Source: an uncultured Acidimicrobiaceae bacterium
GTDB lineage: Bacteria; Actinomycetota; Acidimicrobiia; Acidimicrobiales; RAAP-2
NCBI GenBank assembly: GCA_963804325.1
Contig: CAWDPT010000003.1
Location: 84,267 to 148,266 of the forward strand
Reading direction: 5' to 3'
Length of the DNA stretch: 64,000 nucleotides
The position numbers were made by a program, and so were the translations under genes. Below the pieces are notes generated by a model that was not told the DNA's origin, did not search any database, and saw nothing but the letters and a program-made list of their open reading frames with translations. This document shows positions 50,001 to 60,090 of the stretch, one piece after another. How positions within the stretch are numbered: position 1 is the first letter of the stretch; each line of letters starts with the position of its first letter.

Positions 50001-50347
50001 CCGTAGGCGTAGTCGTTCTCGGTCACCGCCAACACCGTGGGTTGGTTCACGAGCGGCTGGGCGTAGACCTCACCGTTCAACTGCGTGTCGAAGCGTTCCC
50101 CGAAGTCACCGCCGGTCACGTCCGAGGGCGAAAGAAGCGGCTCATTCGGATACCAACCGGTCGACGAACTGTCAGAGGACTGCTGCAACGTGTCGGCCCT
50201 CGCATTGGAGGTCGTGATGAGGGACCCGATCGGAACCGCAACGGCACTCGCCACCACGAGCGCACTGGCGAACAACATGGTGCGCGCTGAGAACAACCTC
50301 CGAGCGAACGAGCGCCCCGTTGCGGGCCGATTTCGTTCACAAGGCAT
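47054..50347 (-). CDS. Large secreted surface protein: PQQ-like propeller, tandem ASH/choice-of-anchor-D Ig domains, Pro/Thr linker, OmpA-C-like tail
   Basis: Signal peptide (..ARA/DT), GITGTPVID, QRPGL, GIWQSG, FTP repeats, poly-Thr and GYA..LASSRAASVARYL. The real start may be MLFAS (~50278). Confidence 0.75.
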   Translation of the reverse strand: MPCERNRPATGRSFARRLFSARTMLFASALVVASAVAVPIGSLITTSNARADTLQQSSDSSSTGWYPNEPLLSPSDVTGGDFGERFDTQLNGEVYAQPLVNQPTVLAVTENDYAYGLNSTTGAITWTDNFGPQADPLASIGCADIGSNLGITGTPVIDSSTDTAYFVAAKDSGVGGATQWFMEAVNVQTGVSPSNWPAGGVPIVGHADNNSGTVFNGNFQTQRPGLVLIHGVVYAAFGSQCDFGNWEGWLVGVSVTTSTPGITSMWSTEECGSAVCSGEPGAGIWQSGSPPVVDGNGDIFVSTGNGDDPSGPEPGNDATADNYAEAVVELSTTGGIIQPIDFFIPADATTLNNQDGDLGSGGPVALPTSMGTSTDPNVMLEVGKEGIMYVLDQNSLGGYEQGPSQGDDVLSEVQASGGVWSKPAVWPGDGGYVYAPTAGTVGFQTNGGSLDVFQRTVTNNNVSFQLAGATANTGNTFGYGSGTPIVTSNGTTSGSALVWIIHATGPNGLDSQLEAFNPVPVNNSLEEVWSSAPFGSTVFSEPGVDNGIVYVGTKDSTLMGFGALASPTPALSGTDVSFPATTVSQSVTQNATFTATSPTTVSSFTESGSAYTMGTPSMTLPASLTSGESISVPVTFTPTALGANPGTLTANDTGATSELNLSGQGETATASFTISPTSVNFAPVPIGGTPVTMNVTFTNVSTSAINVTGFTLPTLPFTVTNPPANQTVAAGGKLTFTVQFTPPGSSGDFVHQFNSVVTLDTSLGPMSNFGVAISGSADPPAQISTAPDVLNFGDVAVGSSATLNFDLGNQGGFPLLITESTPPTLNGFSALTNPFTQLANTSPANTIAPDTSIQETVQFEPTGDGLVSATWLLQGNDGNGLQTVTITGTGYTPVQPPPYQPPPTPTTTTTTTTTTTTTTTTTVPATTTTIPTPVLSVDSSTGRVGSWLKLKTRGDPNGGALSFHVKNGSATGCAIKGDALSAKSAGTCVVTATRKARGSTPKVTSKPVAIHFDLTLTINFASRVSSLNTVSMAAIANFAKSLRAGDAVVSTGYAKGDRALASSRAASVARYLATLVRVHVTMKSVTNGADNKAVLAT
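47582..47632 (-). repeat. ACC/ACG trinucleotide tract encoding a poly-Thr linker
   Basis: Run of gtc/gtg triplets on the + strand. Confidence 0.8.
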
Positions 50348-50529
50348 AGCCGCAAAAGTACTCCGGAATGACCACGTGCAAATGCCGGTCGAGGACGATT
50401 CGGCACTCTTTCGGCGAAGTTTGAGGCGTCGCTGTCACGTCGTTGTTGGGACTAAAGACTCTCGCCCAGTGTCCTTGACTGCGGTGAGACTTGAGATGAC
50501 GTGTACGCGACGACGCTCGGAGACGGCAC

Positions 50530-51999
50530 ATGACTGACATCGGCGCTCCGAAGGGGGCTCTCCCGTGGCTCATCCAGGGCGGCATGGGTATCGCCATATC
50601 CGGTTGGCCGCTCGCGAGGGCCGTGTCGAGCGCGGGACAGTTGGGCGTCGTGTCGGGGACAGCCATCGACAACGTCTTCGTTCGTCGTCTGCAAGACCAA
50701 GGCGTCGACCGCGAGTTACAACAGGCCCTCGACCTCTTTCCCGATCAACGTGTGGTCGAAGACATCGTGGGCCGATACGGCTCCAGGCGTCGGACCGGCT
50801 CTATGCCCTATCGAAGTCTCCCGGCGCTCACCGCTCGCAGCTCGGGTCGCTCCATCGACGCGATCGTATTGGCGTCCTTCGTCGAAGTCGCGCTCGCCAA
50901 GATGGGCCATCGAGGCGTGGTCGGCATCAATCTCCTCACCAAGGTCCAAATCCCGACCGCCGCCGCCCTGTGCGGCGCGACGCTCGCCGGTGTCGACTAC
51001 GTCATGATGGGCGCCGGCGTTCCGACGCACATTCCCGGCGTCCTCGAACAACTGACCCGAGGCGAACCGGTCGACCTTCCACTCAGCGTGACAGGCGCCT
51101 CGAGCGATCGCCCGGCGACCTCCCTCCACTTCGACCCCGCCCCGTACTTGGGTTCGGAACCGCTTCATCGTCCGCGTTTTGTGGGCATCGTCTCGTCCCA
51201 CGTCTTGGCGGCGGCACTGGCCAAACGCAGCAACGGTCCGGTGGACGGCTTCGTCGTGGAGCGTCCGAGTGCCGGGGGTCACAACGCGCCACCTCGAGGG
51301 GTCTTCGACGTCGACGACGAAGGGAGTCCTCTCTACGGGGAACGCGACGTCGTGGATTTCGAGGCGCTCACCACACTCGGACTGCCGTTTTGGATCGGCG
51401 GCGGCATCACGTCACCGCAACACGTTCGCGACGCGATCGCGCTCGGCGCGAGCGGCGTGCAGGTCGGCACACCTTTCGCGTACTGCAACGAATCGGGGAT
51501 GGAGCCAGCGTTGCGACGAGAGGTCATTCGTGAGGTGAAGGCCGGGACGGTGAAGGTACGAACATCGTTGCGGGCGTCGTCGACGGGCTACCCATTCAAG
51601 GTCGCCTCGGTGGACGAGACGATCTCCGAAGACGTCGTCTACGACGAACGTGAACGACGCTGCGACCTGGGCTATCTGCGCGAGGCCTACCTCACGCCGA
51701 CCGGGTCCACGGGCTACCGTTGCGCCGCCGAGCCGGTCGAGGCGTACGTTCGCAAGGGCGGATCGATCGAGGCGACCGATCGATCGACGTGTCTATGCAA
51801 CGGGCTGATGGCGACGTGCGGACTCGGTCAGTTCCGTGTCGACGGGCGCCGCGAACCGGCCATCGTGACCAGTGGCGACTACTTGAACGACATTCGTGGA
51901 CTTCTCGTCGGTCGCGAGAGTTACGGCGCGAGTGACGTAATCGCCCACCTGCGCGGCGACGAGGACATCGGCGCTCCTTGGCTCGGCGAAACTCTGTAG
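50530..51999 (+). CDS. Nitronate monooxygenase family flavoprotein
   Basis: IQGGMG, MGAGVP, AGGHNAPPRG, GVQVGT and CLCNGL. Confidence 0.88.
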   Translation: MTDIGAPKGALPWLIQGGMGIAISGWPLARAVSSAGQLGVVSGTAIDNVFVRRLQDQGVDRELQQALDLFPDQRVVEDIVGRYGSRRRTGSMPYRSLPALTARSSGRSIDAIVLASFVEVALAKMGHRGVVGINLLTKVQIPTAAALCGATLAGVDYVMMGAGVPTHIPGVLEQLTRGEPVDLPLSVTGASSDRPATSLHFDPAPYLGSEPLHRPRFVGIVSSHVLAAALAKRSNGPVDGFVVERPSAGGHNAPPRGVFDVDDEGSPLYGERDVVDFEALTTLGLPFWIGGGITSPQHVRDAIALGASGVQVGTPFAYCNESGMEPALRREVIREVKAGTVKVRTSLRASSTGYPFKVASVDETISEDVVYDERERRCDLGYLREAYLTPTGSTGYRCAAEPVEAYVRKGGSIEATDRSTCLCNGLMATCGLGQFRVDGRREPAIVTSGDYLNDIRGLLVGRESYGASDVIAHLRGDEDIGAPWLGETL

Positions 52000-52021
52000 A
52001 TCGTCGCGAGCGCTCTCGGGA

Positions 52022-52969
52022 CTACGAGCGAGCTTCTAGTGCCGTTCGACGATAGGTCACGGCGACGCGAGACGCCCCCCACAACGCAGCCAGTGTGCCG
52101 ATCACCATGGGGACCATTATCACGATGAGTTGTGCCGAGGGCAGCGACGCCGCAAAACCACCCGGCGTTCCGTCGACGAACGACGGCGCGTGAAAGGCCA
52201 TCTGAATCCACCATACGGACGTACCGGCGATGACCGCGATCGAAGTGAGAGCGACGCCGAGCGCGACGCCCGACTCCCGACGCAGTTCGCGAGGTGTGAA
52301 GTCGATCCGCGAGGCGACCGCAACAGCTGTCCGGGCCCACAGTCCAATCGTCATCACGACCAAGAGCGCGAAGGCAACGAAGGCACCGGAGTAGACGTCG
52401 TCGCTTCCGTTGCGCTGCGCCGGCGTCAAATGGTGCGCCCACAGACTGAGACCGAACGTCGCGACGACTAACGCTGCAGAAACGAGTGTCGACGTCCAGA
52501 GTCGCTTGCTCACTTCGGGCCACCTCTTCGCGCGAAGAAAGCGTGCGAGGCCGGGGATCGCGATGACTGCGCCGGCGATCACGAGGAGCGATCCAATGAT
52601 CCCCGCCACGGCTGTCACGTTAAAGGAGAGCTCGGCGAACGCTCGTGATCGCGCGGGGAGCGCCGCGGGGAAATGCTCGGCCGTCTTCTCGAGCGCCGCG
52701 CCACCGATCACCATGATCGACCACGCCACCATTACGATCAACGAACCCGTTCGACGCTGTGTCGACGGCGCCGCCCGGGTGCCGAGGGCGCCCGATCCGT
52801 AACAGCGCTGGCGCACGCCGGCGAGCGCCACCGAGAATCGGAATCGCCGCGTCAGTGGTGCATCTTCGAGAAGATCCTCTAAGAAAGTGACGAACTCGTC
52901 TTCGTATCGTGCTCGCCAACTCGGCGGATACCACCGAAGCAACCGACGGACGTCACGGTTTCGCGTCAT
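52022..52969 (-). CDS. Multi-pass membrane protein (PadR-associated)
   Basis: LLRWYPPSWRARYEDE N-terminal motif followed by about 6 TM helices; coupled to padR. Confidence 0.75.
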   Translation of the reverse strand: MTRNRDVRRLLRWYPPSWRARYEDEFVTFLEDLLEDAPLTRRFRFSVALAGVRQRCYGSGALGTRAAPSTQRRTGSLIVMVAWSIMVIGGAALEKTAEHFPAALPARSRAFAELSFNVTAVAGIIGSLLVIAGAVIAIPGLARFLRAKRWPEVSKRLWTSTLVSAALVVATFGLSLWAHHLTPAQRNGSDDVYSGAFVAFALLVVMTIGLWARTAVAVASRIDFTPRELRRESGVALGVALTSIAVIAGTSVWWIQMAFHAPSFVDGTPGGFAASLPSAQLIVIMVPMVIGTLAALWGASRVAVTYRRTALEARS

Positions 52970-53301
52970 CGTGCACCACCCGGCGCCAGGCGTAGACGCG
53001 CCACACCGACGTCGGCGAGACGGCGCATCTCGCTCGTGATCTCGCGCAGTGCGTGCGTGCCACTCGAAGTGATCCGGTAGGGACGACGTCGCTCGACCTC
53101 TTCTAATGGTTCGATGAGTCCCAACTCTTCCAGTCGAGTAATCGCCCCGTACAGGGTGCCCGGGCTGAGCGTGACGCCGGCGAACTCCTCCACGTCTTTG
53201 GAGAGGGCGTAACCATGTTTCGGCCCCGACGCGAGACTCGTCAACAAAAGTAACAACGGATCGTTCGGGCGACGGAGAAGTTGTTGTGCGCTCTTGCTCA
53301 T
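52966..53301 (-). CDS. PadR family regulator
   Basis: GPKHGYAL, SPGTLYGAITRLE and RRPYRIT. Confidence 0.92.
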   Translation of the reverse strand: MSKSAQQLLRRPNDPLLLLLTSLASGPKHGYALSKDVEEFAGVTLSPGTLYGAITRLEELGLIEPLEEVERRRPYRITSSGTHALREITSEMRRLADVGVARLRLAPGGAR

Positions 53302-53310
53302 GAGGACACA

Positions 53311-53331
53311 CTACTACGTTCTACGTAGTAG
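53311..53331. promoter_or_regulatory. Perfect inverted repeat, putative PadR operator
   Basis: CTACTACGT-TCT-ACGTAGTAG about 10 bp upstream of the padR start. Confidence 0.7.
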
Positions 53332-53469
53332 CGCATCCTTAGTTGAAACGCTGTCCTTGCACGGACTCTGGCGCCGGTGAACTACGGTCCAGTGACCGGC
53401 CTCCTTTGTCGACACCAAATATTCGAGTTGTCATGATGCCCGCTAACCACAACCACGGGGAGACTCACC

Positions 53470-53883
53470 ATGCACTCAGCGATTCGCCAACGAATGAGTC
53501 GAATCTTTCAACGACTCGATGAGATCATCTCGCACGTCGCTACCGCGGCGTCGGTATCGGTTGTGTTGGTCATCTTCATCGTCACCCTCGCCTTCGAAGG
53601 ATTCCCTTCGCGCTGGCAATTGGGATTCTCAACGATCTCAAACGCGGTAGTTATCATGCTGCTCTTTGCGGTGAAGCACACCCAGGACCGCCAACAAACG
53701 GCGCTTCAACTAAAGCTCGACGAACTAATACGCTCCACCCCAGCAGCGGACGACTTCCTCGTGCAAATCGAACGAGCCGACGAGAAGGAACTCGGCGAAC
53801 GAAAGCACGAGCAGATTGCTAAGCACGAGTCACTTCGTAGCGGTGAGACCGCCGTGGACCATGACGACGGTGACGATCGTTGA
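53470..53883 (+). CDS. Low-affinity iron permease (Fet4-like) family protein
   Basis: WQL...HTQDRQQTALQLKLDELIR. Confidence 0.85.
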   Translation: MHSAIRQRMSRIFQRLDEIISHVATAASVSVVLVIFIVTLAFEGFPSRWQLGFSTISNAVVIMLLFAVKHTQDRQQTALQLKLDELIRSTPAADDFLVQIERADEKELGERKHEQIAKHESLRSGETAVDHDDGDDR

Positions 53884-53930
53884 CCCTGCAGCGTTAGGCT
53901 TCAGCGGCACTGTCGAGATGAGGGGATTCC

Positions 53931-54749
53931 ATGTCAGTTCAAGTAGATCTCTCGGGTCAGACCGCGGTCGTCACCGGCGCGTCAAGCGGAATCGGACGCG
54001 CAATCGCCGAACGCATCGGCGCGAGTGGCGCGCACGTCATTCTCGGTGGACGAACGGCTTCGGCCATGCAAGAGAGCGCAGCGAAGATAGTCGCGTCGGG
54101 AGGACGAGCCACCGTCGACGTCGGTGACGTACGAAGTCCCGACGTCGTACGCGCCTTGGTGGATCACGCCGTCGAGTCCGACGGCCGCCTCGACATCTTC
54201 GTGAACAACGCCGGCTACAGCGTGTTGGGTTCGGTCCTGGACGGTGACGTCGAGGCGTGGCGCGCCATGTTGGAGACGAACGTGCTCGCGCTCCTCGTCG
54301 GTTGCCAGGCAGCGGTGAAGGCCATGCGCGCGACCGGCAATCCCGGTCACATCATCAACACTTCATCCGTCGCCGCGTTGAGTCCGGACTCGGGTGTCTA
54401 CGGCGCGACCAAACACGCCGTCAACGTGATCACGAACGCGCTGCGAAACGAACTCGACAGCGATCCGATTCAGATCACGTCAGTGATGCCCGGACTCGTT
54501 GCGACGAACCTCGGACGAGAGAACCCTGAGATACTCGCCGGCATCGTCGCGATGTCGGGAATCGAGCACGACATCAAAAAGGGCGAGCGCCTGCCCGAGG
54601 AGATCCTCGAAAAGGCTCGTGACGTACTGAGTGATTTCATCATCAAGCCTGACGACATCGCCGACGCGGTGATGTACGTACTGAGCCTGCCGAGCGCCGT
54701 GGACGTCACCGAGATCGTCGTGCGCCCGAACAAGCACTTCGATCTCTAG
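53931..54749 (+). CDS. SDR oxidoreductase
   Basis: TGASSGIG, NNAG and YGATK. Confidence 0.92.
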   Translation: MSVQVDLSGQTAVVTGASSGIGRAIAERIGASGAHVILGGRTASAMQESAAKIVASGGRATVDVGDVRSPDVVRALVDHAVESDGRLDIFVNNAGYSVLGSVLDGDVEAWRAMLETNVLALLVGCQAAVKAMRATGNPGHIINTSSVAALSPDSGVYGATKHAVNVITNALRNELDSDPIQITSVMPGLVATNLGRENPEILAGIVAMSGIEHDIKKGERLPEEILEKARDVLSDFIIKPDDIADAVMYVLSLPSAVDVTEIVVRPNKHFDL

Positions 54750-54767
54750 ACACCTCGCGCACGCGCC

Positions 54768-56957
54768 TTATTTCAGGTCGAACCGATCGAGGTTCATCAC
54801 CTTGTCCCACGCGGCCACAAAGTCGAGCACGAACTTCTCTTGGGCGTCGTCACTCGCGTAGACCTCGGCGAGCGCACGGAGCTGGGAGTTCGAGCCGAAC
54901 ACCACGTCGACGCGCGTCCCGGTCCACTTGAGTTCATTCGTGCGCCGGTCACGTCCCTCGAACGTCGCCTCGGCCGACGAGGTCGCTTCCCATTTCGTGC
55001 TCATGTCGAGCAGGTTCACGAAGAAGTCCGTCGTCAACACCTCAGGTCGATTGGTGAAGACACCAAAGTCCGAACCACGGAAGTTGGCGTTCAACACGCG
55101 CATGCCGCCCACGAGTACCGTCATCTCCGGCGCGCTCAGCGTCAAGCGCTGGGCGCGTTCGATGAGTAGCTCCTCAGCGGTTCGGCTGTGACCCTCTCGC
55201 AGGTAGTTGCGGAAACCGTCGAACGTCGGTTCGAGCACGGCGAAGGACTCCACGTCGGTGTCTTCTTGCGAGGCGTCGGTGCGACCGGGCGAGAAGGGTA
55301 CCGCGACGTCATGCCCAGCGGCCTTCGCCGCCTTTTCGACAGCGCCACACCCGCCGAGGACAATCAAGTCGGCGAGTGAGACCGGCGTATCTGCGTGAGC
55401 CGCGTTGAACTCCTTCTGAATGTTTTCGAGCGTGCGCAACACCATCGTCACCTCGGCCGAGTCGTTGACCTCCCAATCCTTCTGTGGTTCGAGGCGGAGG
55501 CGAGCGCCGTTCGCCCCTCCACGCTTGTCCGTACCGCGGAATGACGCGGCCGAGGCCCACGACGTCGCGACCAGTTGCGACACCGTCAGCCCCGAGCCGA
55601 GAATGAGCTCTTTGAGTTCCTTGACCTGGGCCGCGTTGATTGGTTGGTGCGTCGCCTCGGGAACGGGGTCCTGCCACAACTGCGGCTCGGGTACCCACGG
55701 ACCGAGGCTCCGCACATGTGGCCCCATGTCGCGGTGCGTCAGTTTGTACCAGGCCTTCGCAAACGCCAGTTCGAACTGATCGGGGTTCTCGTGGAAGCGC
55801 TTGGAGATCGCACCGTACTCGGGGTCCAGTCGAAGCGCGAGGTCGGTCGTGAACATGATCGGGGCATGCAGTTTCACCGGGTCGTGGGCGTCGGGCACCG
55901 TATTCGCGCCGCCGCCGCCCTTCGGAACCCACTGGGTCGCACCGGCCGGGCTCTGAGACTGCACCCATTCGTGTCCGAAGAGGGTGTCGAAGTAGCTGTT
56001 GTCCCACTTGATCGGATTCGGTGTCCACGCACCCTCGAGACCGCTCGAGATGGAGTCGCCGGCGTTGCCCACGCCGTAACTGTTCTTCCAGCCGAGTCCC
56101 TGCTCGGCGAAGGTGGCACCTTCGGGCTCCGGGCCGTTGTACTCGGCTCCATCGGCGGCGCCGTGCGCCTTGCCGAAGGTGTGGCCACCGGCGATCAAGG
56201 CCACCGTCTCTTCGTCGTTCATCGCCATTCGGCCGAACGTCTCTCGAATGTCCCTGGCGGCGGCGAGGGGGTCCGGTGTGCCGTTGGGACCTTCAGGGTT
56301 CACGTAGATGAGTCCCATCTGCACCGCGCCGAGGGGCTTTTGGAGTTCTCGGTCGCCGCTGTATCGCTCGTCGGCCAGCCAGACGTCTTCGGGACCCCAG
56401 TACATGTCCTCGTCGCCTTCGTAGACGTCCTCGCGCCCGCCGCCAAAGCCGAAGGTCTTCATGCCCATCGACTCGAGCGCCAGGGTGCCGGTGAGGATCA
56501 TCAAGTCGGCCCAGGAGATCTTTCGTCCGTACTTCTGCTTGATCGGCCAGAGCAACCTACGCGCCTTGTCGAGATTCACGTTGTCGGGCCAACTGTTGAG
56601 CGGGGCGAAACGCTGCGTGCCGTAGCCGCCGCCGCCGCGACCATCGTGGATGCGGTAGGTGCCGGCGCTATGCCAGGCCATCCGGATGAAGAACGGACCG
56701 TAGTGGCCGTAGTCGGCCGGCCACCACTCTTGCGAGTTGGTCATCAGCGCCATGATGTCCTTCTTCAACGCGTCCAGATCAAGGCTCTTGAACTCCTCGG
56801 CGTAGTCGAACGTCGCGCCCATGGGATTGCCGATCTGCGGGCGGCGCTCGAGCGGGTCCAGCTTCAGTTGGTTGGGCCACCAGTCCTGGTGGGGGTGTCG
56901 ACCGGACGGTGTTACGTCAAATCCGTCGGAGACCGGGCACTGCGTGTCGTTGTCCAT
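54768..56957 (-). CDS. katG: Catalase-peroxidase
   Basis: [28 protein letters not shown] and MNLDRFD; AGGAG RBS before ATG 56957. Confidence 0.98.
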   Translation of the reverse strand: MDNDTQCPVSDGFDVTPSGRHPHQDWWPNQLKLDPLERRPQIGNPMGATFDYAEEFKSLDLDALKKDIMALMTNSQEWWPADYGHYGPFFIRMAWHSAGTYRIHDGRGGGGYGTQRFAPLNSWPDNVNLDKARRLLWPIKQKYGRKISWADLMILTGTLALESMGMKTFGFGGGREDVYEGDEDMYWGPEDVWLADERYSGDRELQKPLGAVQMGLIYVNPEGPNGTPDPLAAARDIRETFGRMAMNDEETVALIAGGHTFGKAHGAADGAEYNGPEPEGATFAEQGLGWKNSYGVGNAGDSISSGLEGAWTPNPIKWDNSYFDTLFGHEWVQSQSPAGATQWVPKGGGGANTVPDAHDPVKLHAPIMFTTDLALRLDPEYGAISKRFHENPDQFELAFAKAWYKLTHRDMGPHVRSLGPWVPEPQLWQDPVPEATHQPINAAQVKELKELILGSGLTVSQLVATSWASAASFRGTDKRGGANGARLRLEPQKDWEVNDSAEVTMVLRTLENIQKEFNAAHADTPVSLADLIVLGGCGAVEKAAKAAGHDVAVPFSPGRTDASQEDTDVESFAVLEPTFDGFRNYLREGHSRTAEELLIERAQRLTLSAPEMTVLVGGMRVLNANFRGSDFGVFTNRPEVLTTDFFVNLLDMSTKWEATSSAEATFEGRDRRTNELKWTGTRVDVVFGSNSQLRALAEVYASDDAQEKFVLDFVAAWDKVMNLDRFDLK

Positions 56958-57027
56958 GTTCACTCCTGTTATGGCCGCTGAATATGCATCAGCGTAACGA
57001 GTTCACTGGTGGCTTCGTCACGTCGAC

Positions 57028-59850
57028 TCACGTTGCGACCCCGTCATTCTCGAAGATCGCGGGTCGCGCTCGCTCCAGGGCCAGCTCCGTCGCTGCGCTC
57101 ACCGAGAGCGCCGTGCCGATCGTGTATTCGCGCTCGAATCCCTCGTCGCCCAGCGCCGCACGAAACTGCGCCTCGGCCTCGCGCTCCATCGCTTCCTCGA
57201 AGTCGGTGTTCGGACTGAGCGTCCCGATGTCGAGACCGTGGGCACTGAGTGCCCTACCCGCCCCGAAAAGACGCGCACCGCGAACGACGTCGCCGTCGAG
57301 GGCCACTTGGAATCCGACCACCTCGATCAGCGGGCCGACGTCTTGACGAAATCCCGAGCGACGCGCTTCACGCAGACTTTGTCGCAGGAGCGGAGCGGCC
57401 TCGTCGAACTTTCCGGACGCGGCGAGGATGAGCGCGAGATTGACCCTCGGCGAACGGGCCCACCAGACGGCGCCGCTCTCCTCCAGGACTTCGAGCGCGC
57501 GACGCCACTCCCTCGTCGCCGTTTCGACGTCGCCCCGGTTGAACGCACTATGGGCGGCATTGGAGCTGACGGCCGCCAACCCGGAGTTGAAGCCGGCGGC
57601 ACTCCAGATGTCGTGGACCTCTTCGATGACCTTGGCGGCATCATCCTCGGTGAACAACGCATCGCCGATCCTCCCGCCTAGAGAAGAGAAGAGCGCGGCG
57701 GCGATTTCCGCGCTGTCGCCCGACGCCCTTGCGGCGGCAATCGAACGAAGGGTGAACTCCGTCGCCTGATCCACGTCGTGGCGGCGCGCGGCGTCCATAG
57801 CCAGCAGTCCCAGGGCGCGAGCCTGCACGGCCTGTTCATTCAGCTCTTCGGCCATCGCGAGACCGCGTTTGATCACCACCGCGGCAGCCGCGACTTTGAC
57901 ATCGTCCAATAACGAGAACGAGACGTCGAGCTGGCCCAGCATCACCAGGGCGTTGGCGAACAGAGGTGTCTTCGCGTCGCCGCTGCGTTTGATGGCGTCC
58001 GAGAGATAGGGCACCCAGTCGTAGGAGGCGCGCGACGTGAGGAACCATCCGAGCGCCACGAAGACGCGAAAGACGTCCTCGGTTCTCGACGGCGACGCCG
58101 CGCAGTGCGACAACATCGCGCGAAGGTTCTCCCCCTCGACGTCCAGGGTCCGGGCCCACTCGTTGTGGGCGGTGCTGTAATAGCCCGCTCCGCCAGCGAC
58201 GGCGAGCGCGACGTAGTAGTCGGCGTGGCGTTCGCGTACGTCAAGCGCGACCTCGTCGCCTTCGGCGTCGAGCAACTTCTGCGCGCTGTACTGACGAATC
58301 GTCTCGAGCAGCCGGAATCGCACCGAACGGTGACCCTGGTCGGCGACCACGAGGCTCTTGGCAACCAGCGAGTGCAACACGTTCGCGACGTCGAACTCGT
58401 CGACCAGCTCGCTCGAGCAGACCGATTCGGCGGCTTCGAGGGTGAAGCCGCCGACGAAGACCGAGAGTCGTCGCAAGACACTCTGTTCGGCGGGGCTGAG
58501 CAGACCGTAGGACCAGTCGACGAGGGCCTGGAGGGTCTGTTGGCGCGCCATGACGTTGCGACTCCCGCCGGTGAGCAGCCGGAATCGCTGGTCGAGCCGC
58601 TCATGGAGTTGTGAGAGCGACATCGAAGAGAGTCGAGCGGCCGCCAGTTCCAAGGCCAGGGGGATCCCGTCGAGCCGTTTGCAGATTGAAGAGACCAGAG
58701 GCGCGTCCTCATCGTGGACCATGTAGTCGACCTCGCGGGCCCGGCCCAAGAAGAGCGCGACCGCGTCCGAATCACCGACATCGGCGAACGATTCAACGTC
58801 CTCACCGGGCAGCGACATCGACGGGACGCGGTAGACGCGCTCCCCCTCGATGCCCAATGGCTCTCTCGACGTGGCCATGATGTGCACGCGCGCGCAGTTG
58901 CGCATGACCTCGTCAGCGAACTTCGAGCACGCGCTGATCAGGTGTTCGCAGTTGTCCAGTATCAGCAGCACGTTCTGATTGCTCAGCGCCCCAATCAACG
59001 TCTCCAGTGGCGACACGTCCATGATCTCTTGGATCCCGAGGACCGAGGCGACGGCGAGCGGCACCAACCCTTCGTCGGTCACCGACGCCAGTTCCACCAA
59101 CCACACCCCTTCGCCTTGTCCGTCAAGTAACTCCGCGGCGGCCTGCATGGCGAGCCGGGTCTTTCCCGAACCGCCAGCGCCCGTCAATGTCACGAGCCGG
59201 TTCTCGTCGATCAACGTGCGCACTTCGTTCAACTCGTCATCTCGACCCACGAACGACGACAGCAGTTCGGGCAGGTTGTTCGGCAGTTCAGGGTTGTCCA
59301 GTGATTGGAGGGGCGGGAAGTCCGACGGAAGTGACGGTGAGGCGAGTTGCCAAACGTGTTCGGGACGACCCAGGTCACGCAGTCGGTGTTGACCCAGGTC
59401 GCGAAGTAGCCCTTCATCAGGGGGGAAGTCCGAGAGCAGATCGGTCGTCACGCCCGAGACCAGTACCTGGCCACCGTGGGCGATGCCCATCAACCGCGCG
59501 GTCCGGTTCACCGTGGGCCCGAAGTAGTCGCCGTCGCGCTCCTGACAGACCCCCGTGTGTAACGCCATACGAACCCGGATCTCCGCACTCCTCGGCCACG
59601 GCTCGCTCGCCAAAGCGATCTGCGCGTCGAGCGCGGCCCGAAGAGCCCCGTGGGCCGTCGCGAAGGCGACACAGAAGGCGTCGCCGATGGTCTTGAAGAC
59701 GTAGCCCTCGTGCGCGCCCATCGCCTCTCGCATCAATCGGTCGTGTCGTTCGAGCGCCGGCGCCATCTCATTCGGCGCGTTTTCCCAGAGGTGCGTCGAA
59801 CCCTCGATGTCCGAGAAGAGCAGCGTCACGGTCCCACTTGGATTCGACAT
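57028..59850 (-). CDS. Class III nucleotidyl cyclase + STAND (NB-ARC-like) ATPase + TPR-like repeats
   Basis: FSDIEGST, KTIGDAF, DYFGPTVNRTARL; GAGGSGKT, LDNCEH, LDGIPLALELAA; helical C-terminus. Confidence 0.9.
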   Translation of the reverse strand: MSNPSGTVTLLFSDIEGSTHLWENAPNEMAPALERHDRLMREAMGAHEGYVFKTIGDAFCVAFATAHGALRAALDAQIALASEPWPRSAEIRVRMALHTGVCQERDGDYFGPTVNRTARLMGIAHGGQVLVSGVTTDLLSDFPPDEGLLRDLGQHRLRDLGRPEHVWQLASPSLPSDFPPLQSLDNPELPNNLPELLSSFVGRDDELNEVRTLIDENRLVTLTGAGGSGKTRLAMQAAAELLDGQGEGVWLVELASVTDEGLVPLAVASVLGIQEIMDVSPLETLIGALSNQNVLLILDNCEHLISACSKFADEVMRNCARVHIMATSREPLGIEGERVYRVPSMSLPGEDVESFADVGDSDAVALFLGRAREVDYMVHDEDAPLVSSICKRLDGIPLALELAAARLSSMSLSQLHERLDQRFRLLTGGSRNVMARQQTLQALVDWSYGLLSPAEQSVLRRLSVFVGGFTLEAAESVCSSELVDEFDVANVLHSLVAKSLVVADQGHRSVRFRLLETIRQYSAQKLLDAEGDEVALDVRERHADYYVALAVAGGAGYYSTAHNEWARTLDVEGENLRAMLSHCAASPSRTEDVFRVFVALGWFLTSRASYDWVPYLSDAIKRSGDAKTPLFANALVMLGQLDVSFSLLDDVKVAAAAVVIKRGLAMAEELNEQAVQARALGLLAMDAARRHDVDQATEFTLRSIAAARASGDSAEIAAALFSSLGGRIGDALFTEDDAAKVIEEVHDIWSAAGFNSGLAAVSSNAAHSAFNRGDVETATREWRRALEVLEESGAVWWARSPRVNLALILAASGKFDEAAPLLRQSLREARRSGFRQDVGPLIEVVGFQVALDGDVVRGARLFGAGRALSAHGLDIGTLSPNTDFEEAMEREAEAQFRAALGDEGFEREYTIGTALSVSAATELALERARPAIFENDGVAT

Positions 59851-60090
59851 TTTTTCAGTATTGCGTAAGCACCGCGACGAGCGAGCGCGAATTCGAACTC
59901 CGCGACGTCGTCTCCGCCAACGAACCCATGCGCCGGCGCCGCTCCGAATCGCTACCGAGGGCACTTTGGCACGATCGGCATCGCCTTGGTCGTTCGAAAT
60001 GAGGCTTTGCCCCATTTTTGGGGCACTTTTCGTGCCATTTGTATCGAAAAAGTGGTCGGTGGTACGGTCACCCAAGGCTGAGGGGGGCTG

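Noticed and set aside
60008-60025. Palindrome TGCCCCATTTTTGGGGCA between the cyclase and CHAP genes
   Set aside because: It could be an operator, but it is a single short instance with no adjacent regulator, so support is insufficient.
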